A DNA stretch of 64,000 bases from an uncultured delta proteobacterium. Its GTDB lineage: Bacteria > Myxococcota_A > Polyangia > Polyangiales > Houyiibacteriaceae. The translations under genes were made by a program, and so were the position numbers. Location: contig CAVOVB010000005.1 of the NCBI GenBank assembly GCA_963699755.1, positions 1 to 64,000 of the forward strand, written 5' to 3'. The notes beneath the pieces were generated by a model, which saw only the letters and a program-made list of their open reading frames with translations, made no database searches and had not been told where the DNA came from. Shown piece after piece: positions 42,598 to 53,221 of this stretch (positions are counted from its first letter, which is position 1; each line of letters opens with the position of its first letter).

Positions 42598-42890
42598 TCG
42601 AGCCGGCCGTCGACGACTCGGTCATGGATCGCATCCTTGAAATAACCAAGGGCCTGATCCGCGCCAAAGACTCGACGCAGATCGGTTTCGTTCTCGCAGA
42701 AGTAAACCCGGGCGCGGTAGGCTCGGCTTCGGGCGTGGTCGTGGGGAAAGTACTCCCATGCACTGCCGTCAGGACTGTAATCTTCGCGCACCGTTCCCCA
42801 CTGGCGTTCGCTCAGGTAGGGCCCCCGCCTCATCCACGACTGCCGGTCTTGGAGGCGTTTTCGCTCGAGGTTGGAATCGTCTTGGACCAT
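42598..42890 (-). pseudogene. GH63/MGH1-like glucosidase remnant
   Basis: [17 protein letters not shown]...[10 protein letters not shown] joined (~42713) directly to FCENET...GYFKD, then truncated. Confidence 0.75.
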
Positions 42891-42965
42891 GGCTTGTTTG
42901 CAGGGCCGAACGGAGCCGGAAGTCATGATGGCACAGGGAGCGGCGCCGAGTTAGCGTCAGCGGTC

Positions 42966-44042
42966 ATGAGACCAACCAGCAAACTCCATTCGCTCGGCCA
43001 GAGCCTCTGGCTCGACAACATCACCCGCGACCTGCTCAAGAGCGGGACCCTGAAGCGCTACATCGATCATTTCGCCGTCACAGGGCTGACCTCCAACCCG
43101 ACGATTTTCGACCAGGCCATCAAGAACAGCGCGAGCTACGACGATGAGATCCTTCGGAAAGAGTGCGCAGCACAGTCGGCAGAAGAGCTGTTTTTCGGCT
43201 TGGCTCTAGATGACGTGACCCGGGCCGCGGACCTGTTTGAGCCGACCTTCCGACGCACGGACGGTGTAGACGGTTGGGTTTCGCTCGAGGTGTCCCCGCT
43301 CTTGGCCTACGACACCGAGAGCACGCTGGCGGCCGCGAAAAGCCTTCATGACCGCGCGGGCAGGCCCAACCTCTTCATCAAGATCCCCGGCACACCCGAA
43401 GGCCTGCCTGCCATCGAGGAAGCGATCTTTGCGGGCGTTCCGATCAACGTCACCTTGCTCTTCTCGCGCGAGCAGTATGTGGCGGCAGCCGAGGCCTATT
43501 TGCGCGGAGTGGAGCGGCGCATCGCCGCTGGGCTCAATCCAGCAGTCGCATCGGTCGCCTCGCTCTTCGTCAGCCGCTGGGATGTCGCGGTGGCGGGCGA
43601 CGTGCCTGCGCCTCTAGTCAACCGTCTTGGCGTCGCGATTGCTCACCGGACCTACAAAGCGTACCGGGATTTGCTGGACTCGCCGCGCTTTCAGCGAGCT
43701 GCAAACGCCGGGGCACGCGCCCAGCGCCTGCTCATGGCCAGCACCGGCACCAAGGACCCGAAGGCCTCCGACATCCTTTACGTCCGAGCTCTGGCTGCCC
43801 CGTTCACGGTCAATACCATGCCGGAAAAGACCCTTCAGGCCTTTCACGATCACGGCGAGGTCGGCGAGATGCTCGCTGCCGATGGCGGCGATTGCGAAGC
43901 GGTGCTGGCGAGCTTCGGCAAGGCGGGAGTCGACATCGATGCGCTTGCGGCCCGGCTCCAGAACGAAGGCGCGTCGTCGTTTGCAAAGTCTTGGAACGAC
44001 CTGATGGCCCGTATCGAGTCCAAGCGAACCGAAATCCGATAG
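42966..44042 (+). CDS. tal: Transaldolase
   Basis: GQSLWLDN, GLTSNPTIF, VSLEVSP, IKIP, NVTLLFS, ASTGTK. Confidence 0.95.
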   Translation: MRPTSKLHSLGQSLWLDNITRDLLKSGTLKRYIDHFAVTGLTSNPTIFDQAIKNSASYDDEILRKECAAQSAEELFFGLALDDVTRAADLFEPTFRRTDGVDGWVSLEVSPLLAYDTESTLAAAKSLHDRAGRPNLFIKIPGTPEGLPAIEEAIFAGVPINVTLLFSREQYVAAAEAYLRGVERRIAAGLNPAVASVASLFVSRWDVAVAGDVPAPLVNRLGVAIAHRTYKAYRDLLDSPRFQRAANAGARAQRLLMASTGTKDPKASDILYVRALAAPFTVNTMPEKTLQAFHDHGEVGEMLAADGGDCEAVLASFGKAGVDIDALAARLQNEGASSFAKSWNDLMARIESKRTEIR

Positions 44043-44054
44043 CAGGAGAAGTCC

Positions 44055-45692
44055 ATGAGCACACCCATCTTTCGCAAGCGCTCCGCTTGGAACGCGCTCC
44101 AAGTCCATCACCAAGAGACGAAGAGCCTTCATCTCCGGCATCTCTTCGCGGAAGACCCCAAGCGCGGCGAACGAATGACGGCGGAGGCGGCGGGGGTTTA
44201 TCTCGACTATTCGAAAAATCGAATCACCGAAGAAACCTTGAAGCTCTTGCTGCGTCTCGCCGAGGAGTCAGGCCTGCGTGAGCGCATCGATGCCATGTTT
44301 CGGGGCGACGAGATCAATGTTTCGGAAAAGCGCGCCGTGCTCCACGTGGCGCTTCGCGCGCCGCGCGGCGCCTCGATCCAAGTCCATGGTGAAAACGTGG
44401 TGCCCGCCGTTCACGGCGTCCTCGACAAGATGGCTGAGTTCGCCAACCGGCTGCGCGACGGGCGCTTCAGAGGGCACACCGGAAAACGCATCCACAACGT
44501 GATCAACATCGGCATCGGAGGCTCGGACCTCGGGCCGGTGATGGCCTACGAGGCGCTCAAGCACTACAGCGATCGGAATCTCAGATTCCGCTTCGTCTCG
44601 AACGTCGACGGCACCGATTTCGCCGAGGCGGTACACGGGCTCGATCCAGCCCAGACCCTCTTCATCGTCGCCTCCAAGACGTTTACGACGCTCGAGACGA
44701 TGACCAACGCGCATTCGGCGCGGAACTGGACGCTGACGGGCCTCAAGGGTCAAAAGGCCAGCATCGCAAAGCATTTCGTGGCGGTCTCGACCAACGCCAA
44801 AGAGGTAGAGGCGTTCGGCATCGACAGCGCCAACATGTTCGGCTTCTGGGACTGGGTCGGCGGTCGCTACTCGATGGACTCGGCGATCGGCCTTTCGACC
44901 ATGCTGTCCATCGGCCCGGACAACTTTCGCGCCATGCTCGACGGGTTCCACGAGATGGACGAGCATTTCCGCACCGCACCCTTCGAACGCAACCTGCCGG
45001 TGCTGCTAGGGCTGCTTTCCATCTGGTACAACAACTTCTTTGGAGCCGAGACGGTCGCCGTTCTTCCCTACGATCAATACCTGAAGCGCTTTCCGGCGTA
45101 TCTTCAGCAGCTCACCATGGAGAGCAACGGCAAGCGCGTGACCCTCGATGGCGTGCCCGTGGACTTCGACACGGGACCCATCTACTGGGGAGAGCCCGGG
45201 ACGAACGGCCAGCACTCCTTCTATCAACTACTCCACCAGGGCACGCGGCTCGTCCCCTGCGATTTCATCGCATTTGCCGAGAGCCTGAACCCGCTCGGCG
45301 GGCATCACGACATCCTGCTCGCCAACGTCTTCGCCCAGTCCGAAGCCCTCGCCTTCGGCAAGACCGCCGAACAGGTGAAGGCCGAGGGCACGCCGGATTG
45401 GCTCGTGCCGCACCGGGTCTTCGAGGGCAACCGCCCGTCGAACACGATCCTGCTCGACCGCATGACGCCAGCCGCGCTCGGCAAGTTGGTCGCGCTCTAC
45501 GAGCACAGCGTCTTTGCCCAGGGCGCGATCTGGGAGATCGATTCGTTCGACCAGTGGGGCGTGGAGCTAGGGAAGGTTCTCGCCCAGCGCATCATCCCCG
45601 AGGTGGAGGGCCAGACGGAAGCGATCCTCGAACATGACAGCTCGACCAACGCGCTGATCCGGCGGTACCTTCGGCACAAGAGGGAGCACTAG
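44055..45692 (+). CDS. pgi: Glucose-6-phosphate isomerase
   Basis: [33 protein letters not shown]. Confidence 0.97.
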   Translation: MSTPIFRKRSAWNALQVHHQETKSLHLRHLFAEDPKRGERMTAEAAGVYLDYSKNRITEETLKLLLRLAEESGLRERIDAMFRGDEINVSEKRAVLHVALRAPRGASIQVHGENVVPAVHGVLDKMAEFANRLRDGRFRGHTGKRIHNVINIGIGGSDLGPVMAYEALKHYSDRNLRFRFVSNVDGTDFAEAVHGLDPAQTLFIVASKTFTTLETMTNAHSARNWTLTGLKGQKASIAKHFVAVSTNAKEVEAFGIDSANMFGFWDWVGGRYSMDSAIGLSTMLSIGPDNFRAMLDGFHEMDEHFRTAPFERNLPVLLGLLSIWYNNFFGAETVAVLPYDQYLKRFPAYLQQLTMESNGKRVTLDGVPVDFDTGPIYWGEPGTNGQHSFYQLLHQGTRLVPCDFIAFAESLNPLGGHHDILLANVFAQSEALAFGKTAEQVKAEGTPDWLVPHRVFEGNRPSNTILLDRMTPAALGKLVALYEHSVFAQGAIWEIDSFDQWGVELGKVLAQRIIPEVEGQTEAILEHDSSTNALIRRYLRHKREH

Positions 45693-45695
45693 CAG

Positions 45696-46721
45696 ATGCA
45701 ACTAGGAATGATCGGCCTCGGCCGGATGGGGGCCAACATGGTGCGTCGCCTGTTGAAGGGCGGCCACGAATGCGTGGCGTACGACGTCTCGGCAGAGGCG
45801 GTTGCCGAGTTGGTCAGCGAGAAGGCCGTCGGCGCTGCCTCCCTGGCGGAGCTCACGAAGAAGCTCACGAAGCCGCGCGCGGTCTGGCTGATGGTCCCGG
45901 CCGGCGTGGTCGACGCGACGATCGCCGATCTGGTTCCTCATCTGGATCGAGGCGATATCATCATCGACGGTGGCAACAGCTACTACATCGATGATATCCG
46001 CCGGGCGAAAGAGCTCGGGTCGCAAGGCATTCACTACGTCGATGTCGGCACCAGCGGTGGCGTCTGGGGGCTCGAGCGGGGTTATTGCATGATGATCGGC
46101 GGCGAAGCGAAAACGGTGGAGCACTTGGATCCCATCTTCGTCACCCTGGCTCCGGGACGAGGTGACATCCCGCGTACCCCGGGACGAGAACAGGCAACGG
46201 GTACGAGCGAGAAAGGCTACTTGCACTGCGGTCCGAGCGGCGCCGGTCATTTCGTCAAGATGGTCCACAACGGGATCGAGTATGGCGTGATGGCTGCATA
46301 CGCCGAGGGGATGGCGGTCTTGAAAGCGGCCAACATCGGGAAGAAGACCGGCGCCGTCGACGCCGAGACCACTCCCCTCCGAGACCCGGAGCACTACCAA
46401 TACGACTTCGATCTGCCGGACATCGCCGAGCTCTGGCGGCGCGGCAGCGTCATCGCGTCATGGCTCCTCGACCTTTCCGCAGCCGCGCTGCTCGAGGATC
46501 CCGCGCTCTCGGCCTTCGAAGGACGCGTTTCGGACTCCGGCGAAGGACGTTGGACGATCAAAGCGGCTATCGACGAGGCGGTGCCTGCCCACGTGCTGTC
46601 CTCGGCCCTCTACGAGCGCTTCAGCTCCCGGGGCCAGGCGGACTTTGCCGACAAGCTGCTTTCGGCGATGCGCCACCAGTTCGGTGGGCATGTCGAAAAG
46701 CTCGCGAAACAACCAGGATGA
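45696..46721 (+). CDS. gnd: 6-phosphogluconate dehydrogenase (short, decarboxylating type)
   Basis: [38 protein letters not shown]. Confidence 0.93.
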   Translation: MQLGMIGLGRMGANMVRRLLKGGHECVAYDVSAEAVAELVSEKAVGAASLAELTKKLTKPRAVWLMVPAGVVDATIADLVPHLDRGDIIIDGGNSYYIDDIRRAKELGSQGIHYVDVGTSGGVWGLERGYCMMIGGEAKTVEHLDPIFVTLAPGRGDIPRTPGREQATGTSEKGYLHCGPSGAGHFVKMVHNGIEYGVMAAYAEGMAVLKAANIGKKTGAVDAETTPLRDPEHYQYDFDLPDIAELWRRGSVIASWLLDLSAAALLEDPALSAFEGRVSDSGEGRWTIKAAIDEAVPAHVLSSALYERFSSRGQADFADKLLSAMRHQFGGHVEKLAKQPG

Positions 46722-47302
46722 CCAGGGACGAGCTCGATCAGCTTTCGATCAACACGATCCGAACGCTCTCGATCGATGCCGTCCAGCAGGCGCAGTCCGG
46801 ACATCCCGGCACGCCCATGGCGCTCGCGCCTCTGCTTTACGCGATCTGGAATCGAGTCCTGCGCTTCGATCCGCAGGACCCGATCTGGCCCGACCGGGAC
46901 CGCTTCGTGCTCTCGAACGGCCACGCCTCGATGCTGCTCTGGTCGGTGCTGTATCTATCGAAGACTCGAGCGGTGAACGCCGACTACGAGCGCCTCGGGC
47001 GGCCCTCGGTGACGCTGGATGACATTCGCCATTTCCGACAGCTCGGCAGCAAGTCGCCCGGACATCCCGAGTATCACTGGGTCTCCGGGGTGGAGACCAC
47101 GACCGGTCCGCTGGGTCAGGGGATCGCGACGAGCGTCGGCATGGCGATCGCGCGAACCTGGTTGGCCAGCCGCTACAATCGGCCGGGCTTCGAGATCTTC
47201 GACTACGACATCTATGCCGTCTGCGGCGACGGATGCCTGATGGAGGGCGTGGGCTCGGAGGCCGCCTCGCTTGCAGGTCACCTCGAGCTCGAGAGCCTGT
47301 GA
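46718..47302 (+). pseudogene. tkt: Transketolase, N-terminal ~194 codons only
   Basis: [31 protein letters not shown]; stops at a deletion junction. Confidence 0.9.
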
Positions 47303-47305
47303 CCG

Positions 47306-47461
47306 AACGATGTGCTCATGTTCGAGCGATCGGGCTTTCGCATCGCCATGGGCAATACCTCCGACGAGGTGAAATCGCGAGCCACCGCGACAACCGATTC
47401 CTACAACGACGAGGGCTTTGCAAAGGCGATGGAGCGCTTCATTCTGGGCGCAGAGAGTTGA
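47306..47461 (+). pseudogene. C-terminal remnant of a Cof-type HAD-IIB hydrolase
   Basis: Own translation: NDVLMFERSGFRIAMGNTSDEVKSRATATTDSYNDEGFAKAMERFI (Cof motif IV). Confidence 0.8.
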
Positions 47462-47469
47462 GGCGATCC

Positions 47470-48189
47470 ATGGACGGAAAGGTCGAGATACTCGAAGATC
47501 CACTGGCGCTCGCGCGGCACGTCGCCGAATGGTTGACGGCCACAGCGCTCGCGTCGAAGGGCCCATTTCGGGTGGCGCTCTCGGGTGGCTCGACACCCAA
47601 GCTGCTGTACGAGGTTCTTGCGTCCGATGAGCTCCGGACGCGTTTCCCATGGCAGCGAGTCCTCTGGTACTGGGGCGATGAACGGTTCGTGCCGCACGAC
47701 CATCCTGACAGCAACTACAGGATGGCGCGCGAGTCGATGCTCGACAAGGCGCCGGTGCCGCCTGAAAACGTCTTCCCGGTTCGGGTCGATGGCAGCCCCG
47801 AGGAGGCCGCGATGCGCTACGAGCGAACCCTGCAACAAGCGTATGGAGGAGCGGCGCTAGAGCCCATGAGGCCCCTTCTCGACATCAATCTGCTCGGGCT
47901 CGGGCCCGACGGCCATACCGCGTCGCTCATACCGGGTGAGCCGGTGTTGCAGGAGCGCAAGCGCTGGGTCGTCGCCGTGCCTCACGGCCGGCCCGAGGTC
48001 CGCATCACGATGACCTATCCAGTGCTCGAGAGCTGCCGGCACGCAGCCTTCATCGTGTCTGGAGAGGCAAAGGCCGCCATCGCCGCCGCCATTCTAGCAG
48101 GCGGAAGCCACGTTCCTGCCGCACGCATCAAACCGATCGGCGAGCTCATCTGGTTCCTCGATCGGGCGGCCGCGGGTCGAATCAGATGA
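47470..48189 (+). CDS. pgl: 6-phosphogluconolactonase
   Basis: ALSGGSTP, WGDERFVP, LGLGPDGHTASL, RITMT. Confidence 0.95.
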   Translation: MDGKVEILEDPLALARHVAEWLTATALASKGPFRVALSGGSTPKLLYEVLASDELRTRFPWQRVLWYWGDERFVPHDHPDSNYRMARESMLDKAPVPPENVFPVRVDGSPEEAAMRYERTLQQAYGGAALEPMRPLLDINLLGLGPDGHTASLIPGEPVLQERKRWVVAVPHGRPEVRITMTYPVLESCRHAAFIVSGEAKAAIAAAILAGGSHVPAARIKPIGELIWFLDRAAAGRIR

Positions 48190-48279
48190 AACCCATGCAG
48201 CCGGTTTCTTTCGCACCGAGGATTACGAGACCGCCATCGCGGCGATCCGCCGAAGTGCCGCTGCCGCCACGGCTGAGTC

Positions 48280-49200
48280 ATGAGCGAAGGGACATCTCGA
48301 TCCAACTCGGAACGTGACTCTCTCAAGCGCGCGGCTGCAGAAGCTGCTGTGGCACTGGTCGAGGATGGCATGGTGGTCGGCCTCGGCAGCGGCTCGACGG
48401 CGGCCTTTGCGCTGGAGGCTCTCGCCCAACGCCAACGCCAGGGCCTCCGTGTCATCGGGATTCCCACCTCCGAAGAGACGGCGGCTCGCGCGACGACAGC
48501 AGGCATTCCGCTCAGCTCTTTCGCCGAGCACCGGCAGATCGACCTCACCATCGACGGCGCCGACGAGGTCGAACGCGGGACGCTGAATTTGATCAAGGGA
48601 CTAGGCGGCGCTCGAAGCACTTGGTGCCAACGCGCGTCTGCGCCTTGCGGCATCGGGCGAGCCTTTTGTGACGGACAGCGGCAACCGGATTCTCGACTGC
48701 AGCTTTGGCGCGATTGCCGATCCGACGAGGCTCGAGGAGCGCATTGGGCGCGTCGTCGGAGTAGTCGAGAGCGGCCTCTTCATCGGTCGGGCGGATTCGG
48801 TTTTCGCGGCCGATGCAGCGCGCGTTCATCGCCTCGAGAGAGAGCGCGCGCACCCGGACGGCTCGCCCATATTGGTCGTCATGGGGGTGTCGGGATCGGG
48901 CAAGACGACCATCGCGAAGCAGCTGGCGGCGCGACTCGGCTGGCCCTTTGAGGAAGGCGATGCGCTTCATCCCGAGTCGAATGTCGCCAAGATGCATGCT
49001 GGGTTTCCCTTGACCGATGCCGACCGCCAACCCTGGCCCGAGGCCGTGGCCGCCTGGATCGATGGCCAACGTGCCAAGCATCGACCCGGAATCATTGCCT
49101 GCTCGGCTCTCAAGCGATCGTATCGCCAAGTCATCATCGGAAACCGGCCCGAGGTCCGGCTCGTCTATCTCCGTGGCAGCAGCGCCCTGATCGCGGACTT
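48280..49200 (+). pseudogene. rpiA: Ribose-5-phosphate isomerase A - gluconokinase fusion, internally deleted and 3'-truncated
   Basis: GLGSGST, IDGADEV, IKGLGGA, then a frameshifting deletion near 48610; VTDSGNRILD...GVVESGLF continues in frame into VMGVSGSGKTT, EGDALHP, ACSALKRSYR; the GntK C-terminus is missing. Confidence 0.85.
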
Positions 49201-49680
49201 GAGCACGCTTGACCTCCAAATGAGAGAGGGATACTTGGCCTCCGATGGCGCGATTCTACAAGAAGCGCGAAGAGAGCCGACTTCGCCAAGACCCAGCCGG
49301 TCACTTGGATCAATGTCGACGGCCTACACGATACGAACCAAATCAGAGAGATCGGAAGGATCTTCGATCTGCATCCCCTTCTCATGGAAGACATCTCGAA
49401 CACGGGGCAACGCCCAAAGATGGAGGAGCTCGACAGCGAGCTCCGCCGCGAGAAGACTTGCGCGAACCTTTCTCGTGACCTCGATCATCCCTATTCCCCG
49501 GAGCGGTTGATTTGGCACAGATACGGAAGCAAGAACCTCTTCTCAGAAGTTTGGAGCGATCGAACCTGCAAGCAGGACCTTCGGCACTTGGCGCAGAAGC
49601 CGTACCGAGCGCTGTCCATCCGAGGCCTGTCCGCGGTAAGGTCCCGCTGAGCAGATGGCTTCGGCCTGGGAGGGGCAGCG

Positions 49681-50286
49681 ATGCGTACGCGACATAGGAT
49701 CGAAATGGCAGCCATGGCCCTTGCGATGGCATTGCTCTTCAGCCCCGAGGGCGCGACAGCGCAGGCCGCTTCAACGCGGGAAGCGCCGCGGCTCTTTGCG
49801 GACATCAGCTCTAGCACCCGCGTCTACCCAAACGCGGACGCCGCGCTCACAGGGTTTGCTTTGGGGTCGATCTGGAGGCCATCGGAGAAATGCGTGCACC
49901 TTGCCGGCGAGCTCTTTGCCCGCTTTGGGCGCAAGGACGCAACGCCCGCCGATCTAAAAATGCGCACTGCCGGAGGAGCCATCGGTGCCCTCTGGGGCAC
50001 CGGAGACTGGGACCGCTGGTTTGGAGCCGGCGCGATGTTTGATCTCGGATGGGGCCGGGTGGGCCCGCGAGATGAGTTTATCTCGAGCGCCTACCTCCGC
50101 GCGCTCCTCTACTGGCGGCTGCGCGGAGAGTTCTGGCTGGGCCTGGACCTACGCGCGGGGTACGTCATTGCCCCCGTTACGGTTGGCGGGATTGGGATGA
50201 AGGGGCCGGTGCTCGGTCTTGGAATCGGGCTGTCCTGGGGCAAGGACGAAGATGAGTACGTGACAGAACCGAGTGCCAGCCGCTAG
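49681..50286 (+). CDS. Hypothetical exported beta-strand-rich (outer-membrane-like) protein
   Basis: Signal peptide ending AQA; alternating aromatic/Gly strands. Confidence 0.6.
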   Translation: MRTRHRIEMAAMALAMALLFSPEGATAQAASTREAPRLFADISSSTRVYPNADAALTGFALGSIWRPSEKCVHLAGELFARFGRKDATPADLKMRTAGGAIGALWGTGDWDRWFGAGAMFDLGWGRVGPRDEFISSAYLRALLYWRLRGEFWLGLDLRAGYVIAPVTVGGIGMKGPVLGLGIGLSWGKDEDEYVTEPSASR

Positions 50287-50362
50287 CCGGCAGCTGAAAT
50301 GGTGTCGCGGGTGACAAGCCTGATGGCGTCCGAGTAAGACCGACTCTAGAGTTCCAGGACGC

Positions 50363-51007
50363 ATGCTGCAGCGAACACGCCGCGCGGTCTTGGCCGCCTC
50401 GATCCTGGCTTCGATCATCCTGACGGTGTGGGTGGGCGTGAGCCTCGCTCGCTTGGTGACCGCGGGATGGTGGCTCGCCGTGCTGATCGCCCTCCCCCTC
50501 GGCGTCGCGGCGGTCGATTTACTGAGCGGAGTCGTTCACTGGGCCTGCGACCGCTTCGGAGACGCGTCCACACCGCTCGTCGGCTCGCTCCTCATCCGTG
50601 CATTCCGGGAGCACCACGTCGATCCAAGGCAGATGGTCGAGCACGACTGGATCGAGACGAACGGTGAGCCGTGCTTCTTCGCCGCCCTGTTCCTAGCAGC
50701 CTTGGCCTTCTTGGCGCCCAACGTTCAGTCCGAGCTCGGCGCGGCGGCAGTGACCCTCGTTTGGACGATGGCCGCCGTCGGGTCCTGGGCCAATCAGGTT
50801 CACAAATGGGCACACATGTCGGAGCCTCCCAGGCTCGCGCGGTTTCTTCAGCGCGTGGGCCTCGCTTTGCGCCCGGACGAGCATGCGTGCCATCATCAGG
50901 CAGCCCACGATTCGGGCTACTGCATCAGCACCGGTTGGATGAATCCGCTCTTGGACCGCACCGGACTTTGGTCTTGGCTCGAACGCTCGCTTAGGAGAAC
51001 GGCTTGA
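50363..51007 (+). CDS. carF: CarF/TMEM189-family lipid desaturase (plasmanylethanolamine desaturase-like)
   Basis: His boxes HWACD, FREHH, HKWAH, HACHH, plus YCISTGWMN; four TM segments. Confidence 0.85.
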   Translation: MLQRTRRAVLAASILASIILTVWVGVSLARLVTAGWWLAVLIALPLGVAAVDLLSGVVHWACDRFGDASTPLVGSLLIRAFREHHVDPRQMVEHDWIETNGEPCFFAALFLAALAFLAPNVQSELGAAAVTLVWTMAAVGSWANQVHKWAHMSEPPRLARFLQRVGLALRPDEHACHHQAAHDSGYCISTGWMNPLLDRTGLWSWLERSLRRTA

Positions 51008-51525
51008 AACTGACAGATTGGCTGACCGAACACATCACCGACGACGCGCGGGCCTTGGGCTGGTTCGATAGCCCCGAGGCGGACGATCGCATCGCGCGTT
51101 GCTACAAAGAACTGCTGAACGGCTACGAGATCGACCCGTCGACGATTTTAAAAACGACGCGGATGGTCGGCCCGGACGAGCCGAGGGGCGCAGTGGAGGT
51201 CCGAGACATCGCGTTCTACTCGATTTGCGCCCACCACTTCCTCCCGTTCTTTGGGCACCTCAGCATTCGCTATGTCCCTGGGGATCGCATTCTTGGGCTC
51301 GGTAAGCTGCCCCGCCTGGTCGACGCGTACGCGCGCCGATTCCAGATTCAGGAAGACCTCGTCCGGGACATCGCTCGAGAGATGATGCAGTCGGGCCACG
51401 CGCGAGGTGTTCTCGTGCAATCGGAAGCACGGCACCTCTGCATGCTGAGTCGAGGCCCCCAAAGTGCTGCCTCGGTCACGCGCACCGAGATCGCACTTGG
51501 ATGTCTCAGCGACCAGGGTGGATGA
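51004..51525 (+). CDS. folE: GTP cyclohydrolase I (short form)
   Basis: CAHHFLPFFG, GLGKLPR, QIQE, HLCM zinc ligands; TTGA overlap with carF. Confidence 0.88.
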   Translation: MKLTDWLTEHITDDARALGWFDSPEADDRIARCYKELLNGYEIDPSTILKTTRMVGPDEPRGAVEVRDIAFYSICAHHFLPFFGHLSIRYVPGDRILGLGKLPRLVDAYARRFQIQEDLVRDIAREMMQSGHARGVLVQSEARHLCMLSRGPQSAASVTRTEIALGCLSDQGG

Positions 51526-52427
51526 GGCTCACCGCGATTGCGTTGGGAGCCTGGTGCCTCCTGGGTTGTAGCCGCGGCGACCTGGGTTCAGCGCCGGATA
51601 GCCAGTCCGCCAAGGTTGCAGCGGCTCCCGCCGAACACCCAAGCGCGCGCTCGCTTGATTTTCTGATCGAGTCGAAGCCGGGGAAGTCGCTGACGGTCGA
51701 AGAGATGTCGAAGAACATCGAGCCTGTTCGCGTCGAGGTATTCGAGCCCTACGAGCACACGAACGTGGTGTTCACTGCGCTCCCGCTCGAGCGAGTGCTC
51801 GACGAAGCGTACGGGCCGTCTTGGCGAACGCACGAAGCAATTCTGTTCAGCTGTCGCGACGGCTACGAGCCCACGATTCCCGTGCGACGCGTCTTGGATC
51901 ACCGGGCGTTTCTGGCGATCGACCGACCAGGCGACGCCGGTTTCACGATCCTGAAGTACGAAGAGGGCGCGAAACGGCGGATCGCGCTCAGCCCTTTCTA
52001 TGTCATCTGGGAAAACCTGGGCAATGCCCGAGTCCGCACCGAGGGCGACTACGGCTGGCCCTACCAGGTCGTTCGAATCGACCTCGTGTCATTCCGATCG
52101 CGGTTCCGAGAGATGGCGCCTCCAGAGAATTCGAATGCAACCGTTCTGGCGGGGTTCGACGCCTTCATCGCGCACTGCTCCAAGTGTCACATGATCAACG
52201 GCCACGGGGGCGCGATCGGACCGGAGCTCAACTATCCGGCCAATCCTACCGAATACATGACCGACGCGTGGCTGCGGAAGTGGATCGACGATCCGACGCT
52301 CATGCGCGTGGCTCCACGAATGCCCCCACTGAACCCGGATTTGCCCAGCCGGGCGCGAATCATCGACGAGATCGTCGCCTATCTCGCTGCGATGGCATCC
52401 CACAAAGTCGAGCGCGGCGCGCCGTGA
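51522..52427 (+). CDS. Cytochrome c lipoprotein with N-terminal molybdopterin-oxidoreductase-like domain
   Basis: Lipobox LLGC; CSKCH haem motif, GPELN, distal Met in RMPP; N-terminal CRDGY...PFYVIW...WPYQV; ATGA overlap with folE. Confidence 0.8.
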   Translation: MRLTAIALGAWCLLGCSRGDLGSAPDSQSAKVAAAPAEHPSARSLDFLIESKPGKSLTVEEMSKNIEPVRVEVFEPYEHTNVVFTALPLERVLDEAYGPSWRTHEAILFSCRDGYEPTIPVRRVLDHRAFLAIDRPGDAGFTILKYEEGAKRRIALSPFYVIWENLGNARVRTEGDYGWPYQVVRIDLVSFRSRFREMAPPENSNATVLAGFDAFIAHCSKCHMINGHGGAIGPELNYPANPTEYMTDAWLRKWIDDPTLMRVAPRMPPLNPDLPSRARIIDEIVAYLAAMASHKVERGAP

Positions 52428-53095
52428 GCTACGCCGAGTTTTACGATTCGTTCATTCAGCACCCGCTGCTCCTCTGGGCGGCTGCGATCCTCGGGCTGTT
52501 GTTGGCGCTGTCCGGCCCCGTCCCGTCCGTCACGGTGCGTAGGTATTGCATCGCGCTCACGAGTCTTTCGCTTCTCGATGCCTGGCTGACCACCGACGAT
52601 GTTCCTGGTATCGGTCCGCTGACCGGCGCAGCAGCCTGGTTGATGCCGCTGGCCTTCGTTCTCATCGGTGACTTTCGGTTCTTCCTCTTCATCGAGAGCG
52701 CGAAACCAGACGGGACCCTTGCAGCGAGCGCGGGTGCGTGGATGCGAGCGTCTGCTTGGACGCTGCTCGTTCCATTGGCGTCACAGCTTGCCGTTTTCGA
52801 GTTGGGTTCGAACGAGCCTCGCATCCTCTTCTTCGTCTACGAGGCGCTCTTCGTCTTGCTGTCCATCGGCTTGACGCAGGTGTATCTGCCTCGCCGCAGC
52901 CGCGCACTCCTATGGACGCGGCGGGTGACTAGGTTCGTCATCGTCTACTATGCGCTCTGGGGCGCAGCCGACGCGATCATCCTCACGACTGGCGCCGATG
53001 CTGGCTTCCTCCTGCGCCTGCTCCCGAATGTTCTCTACTACGGAGGCCTCGTTCCCGCGATCGCTTGGGCTGCGCCCCGCGCACCTGACGTTTGA
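52424..53095 (+). CDS. Hypothetical polytopic membrane protein
   Basis: ~7 hydrophobic segments; GTGA overlap with the cytochrome gene. Confidence 0.7.
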   Translation: MSYAEFYDSFIQHPLLLWAAAILGLLLALSGPVPSVTVRRYCIALTSLSLLDAWLTTDDVPGIGPLTGAAAWLMPLAFVLIGDFRFFLFIESAKPDGTLAASAGAWMRASAWTLLVPLASQLAVFELGSNEPRILFFVYEALFVLLSIGLTQVYLPRRSRALLWTRRVTRFVIVYYALWGAADAIILTTGADAGFLLRLLPNVLYYGGLVPAIAWAAPRAPDV

Positions 53096-53221
53096 GGCCA
53101 GCTCTCTTTGTGTACCGCGCATAACCGAGCAGTTTCCATCGGGAACAATCGGCCAGCCTGAAGAAGGACCGGCCACCGGCGGCCCGCGATGTCTTCGATC
53201 GCGACCTACGAAAGATCTGCC

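Noticed and set aside
49200..49680. Short ORFs after the gntK break, and TGGCAC at ~49513 as a sigma54 site
   Set aside because: No recognisable protein; the -12 GC is missing.
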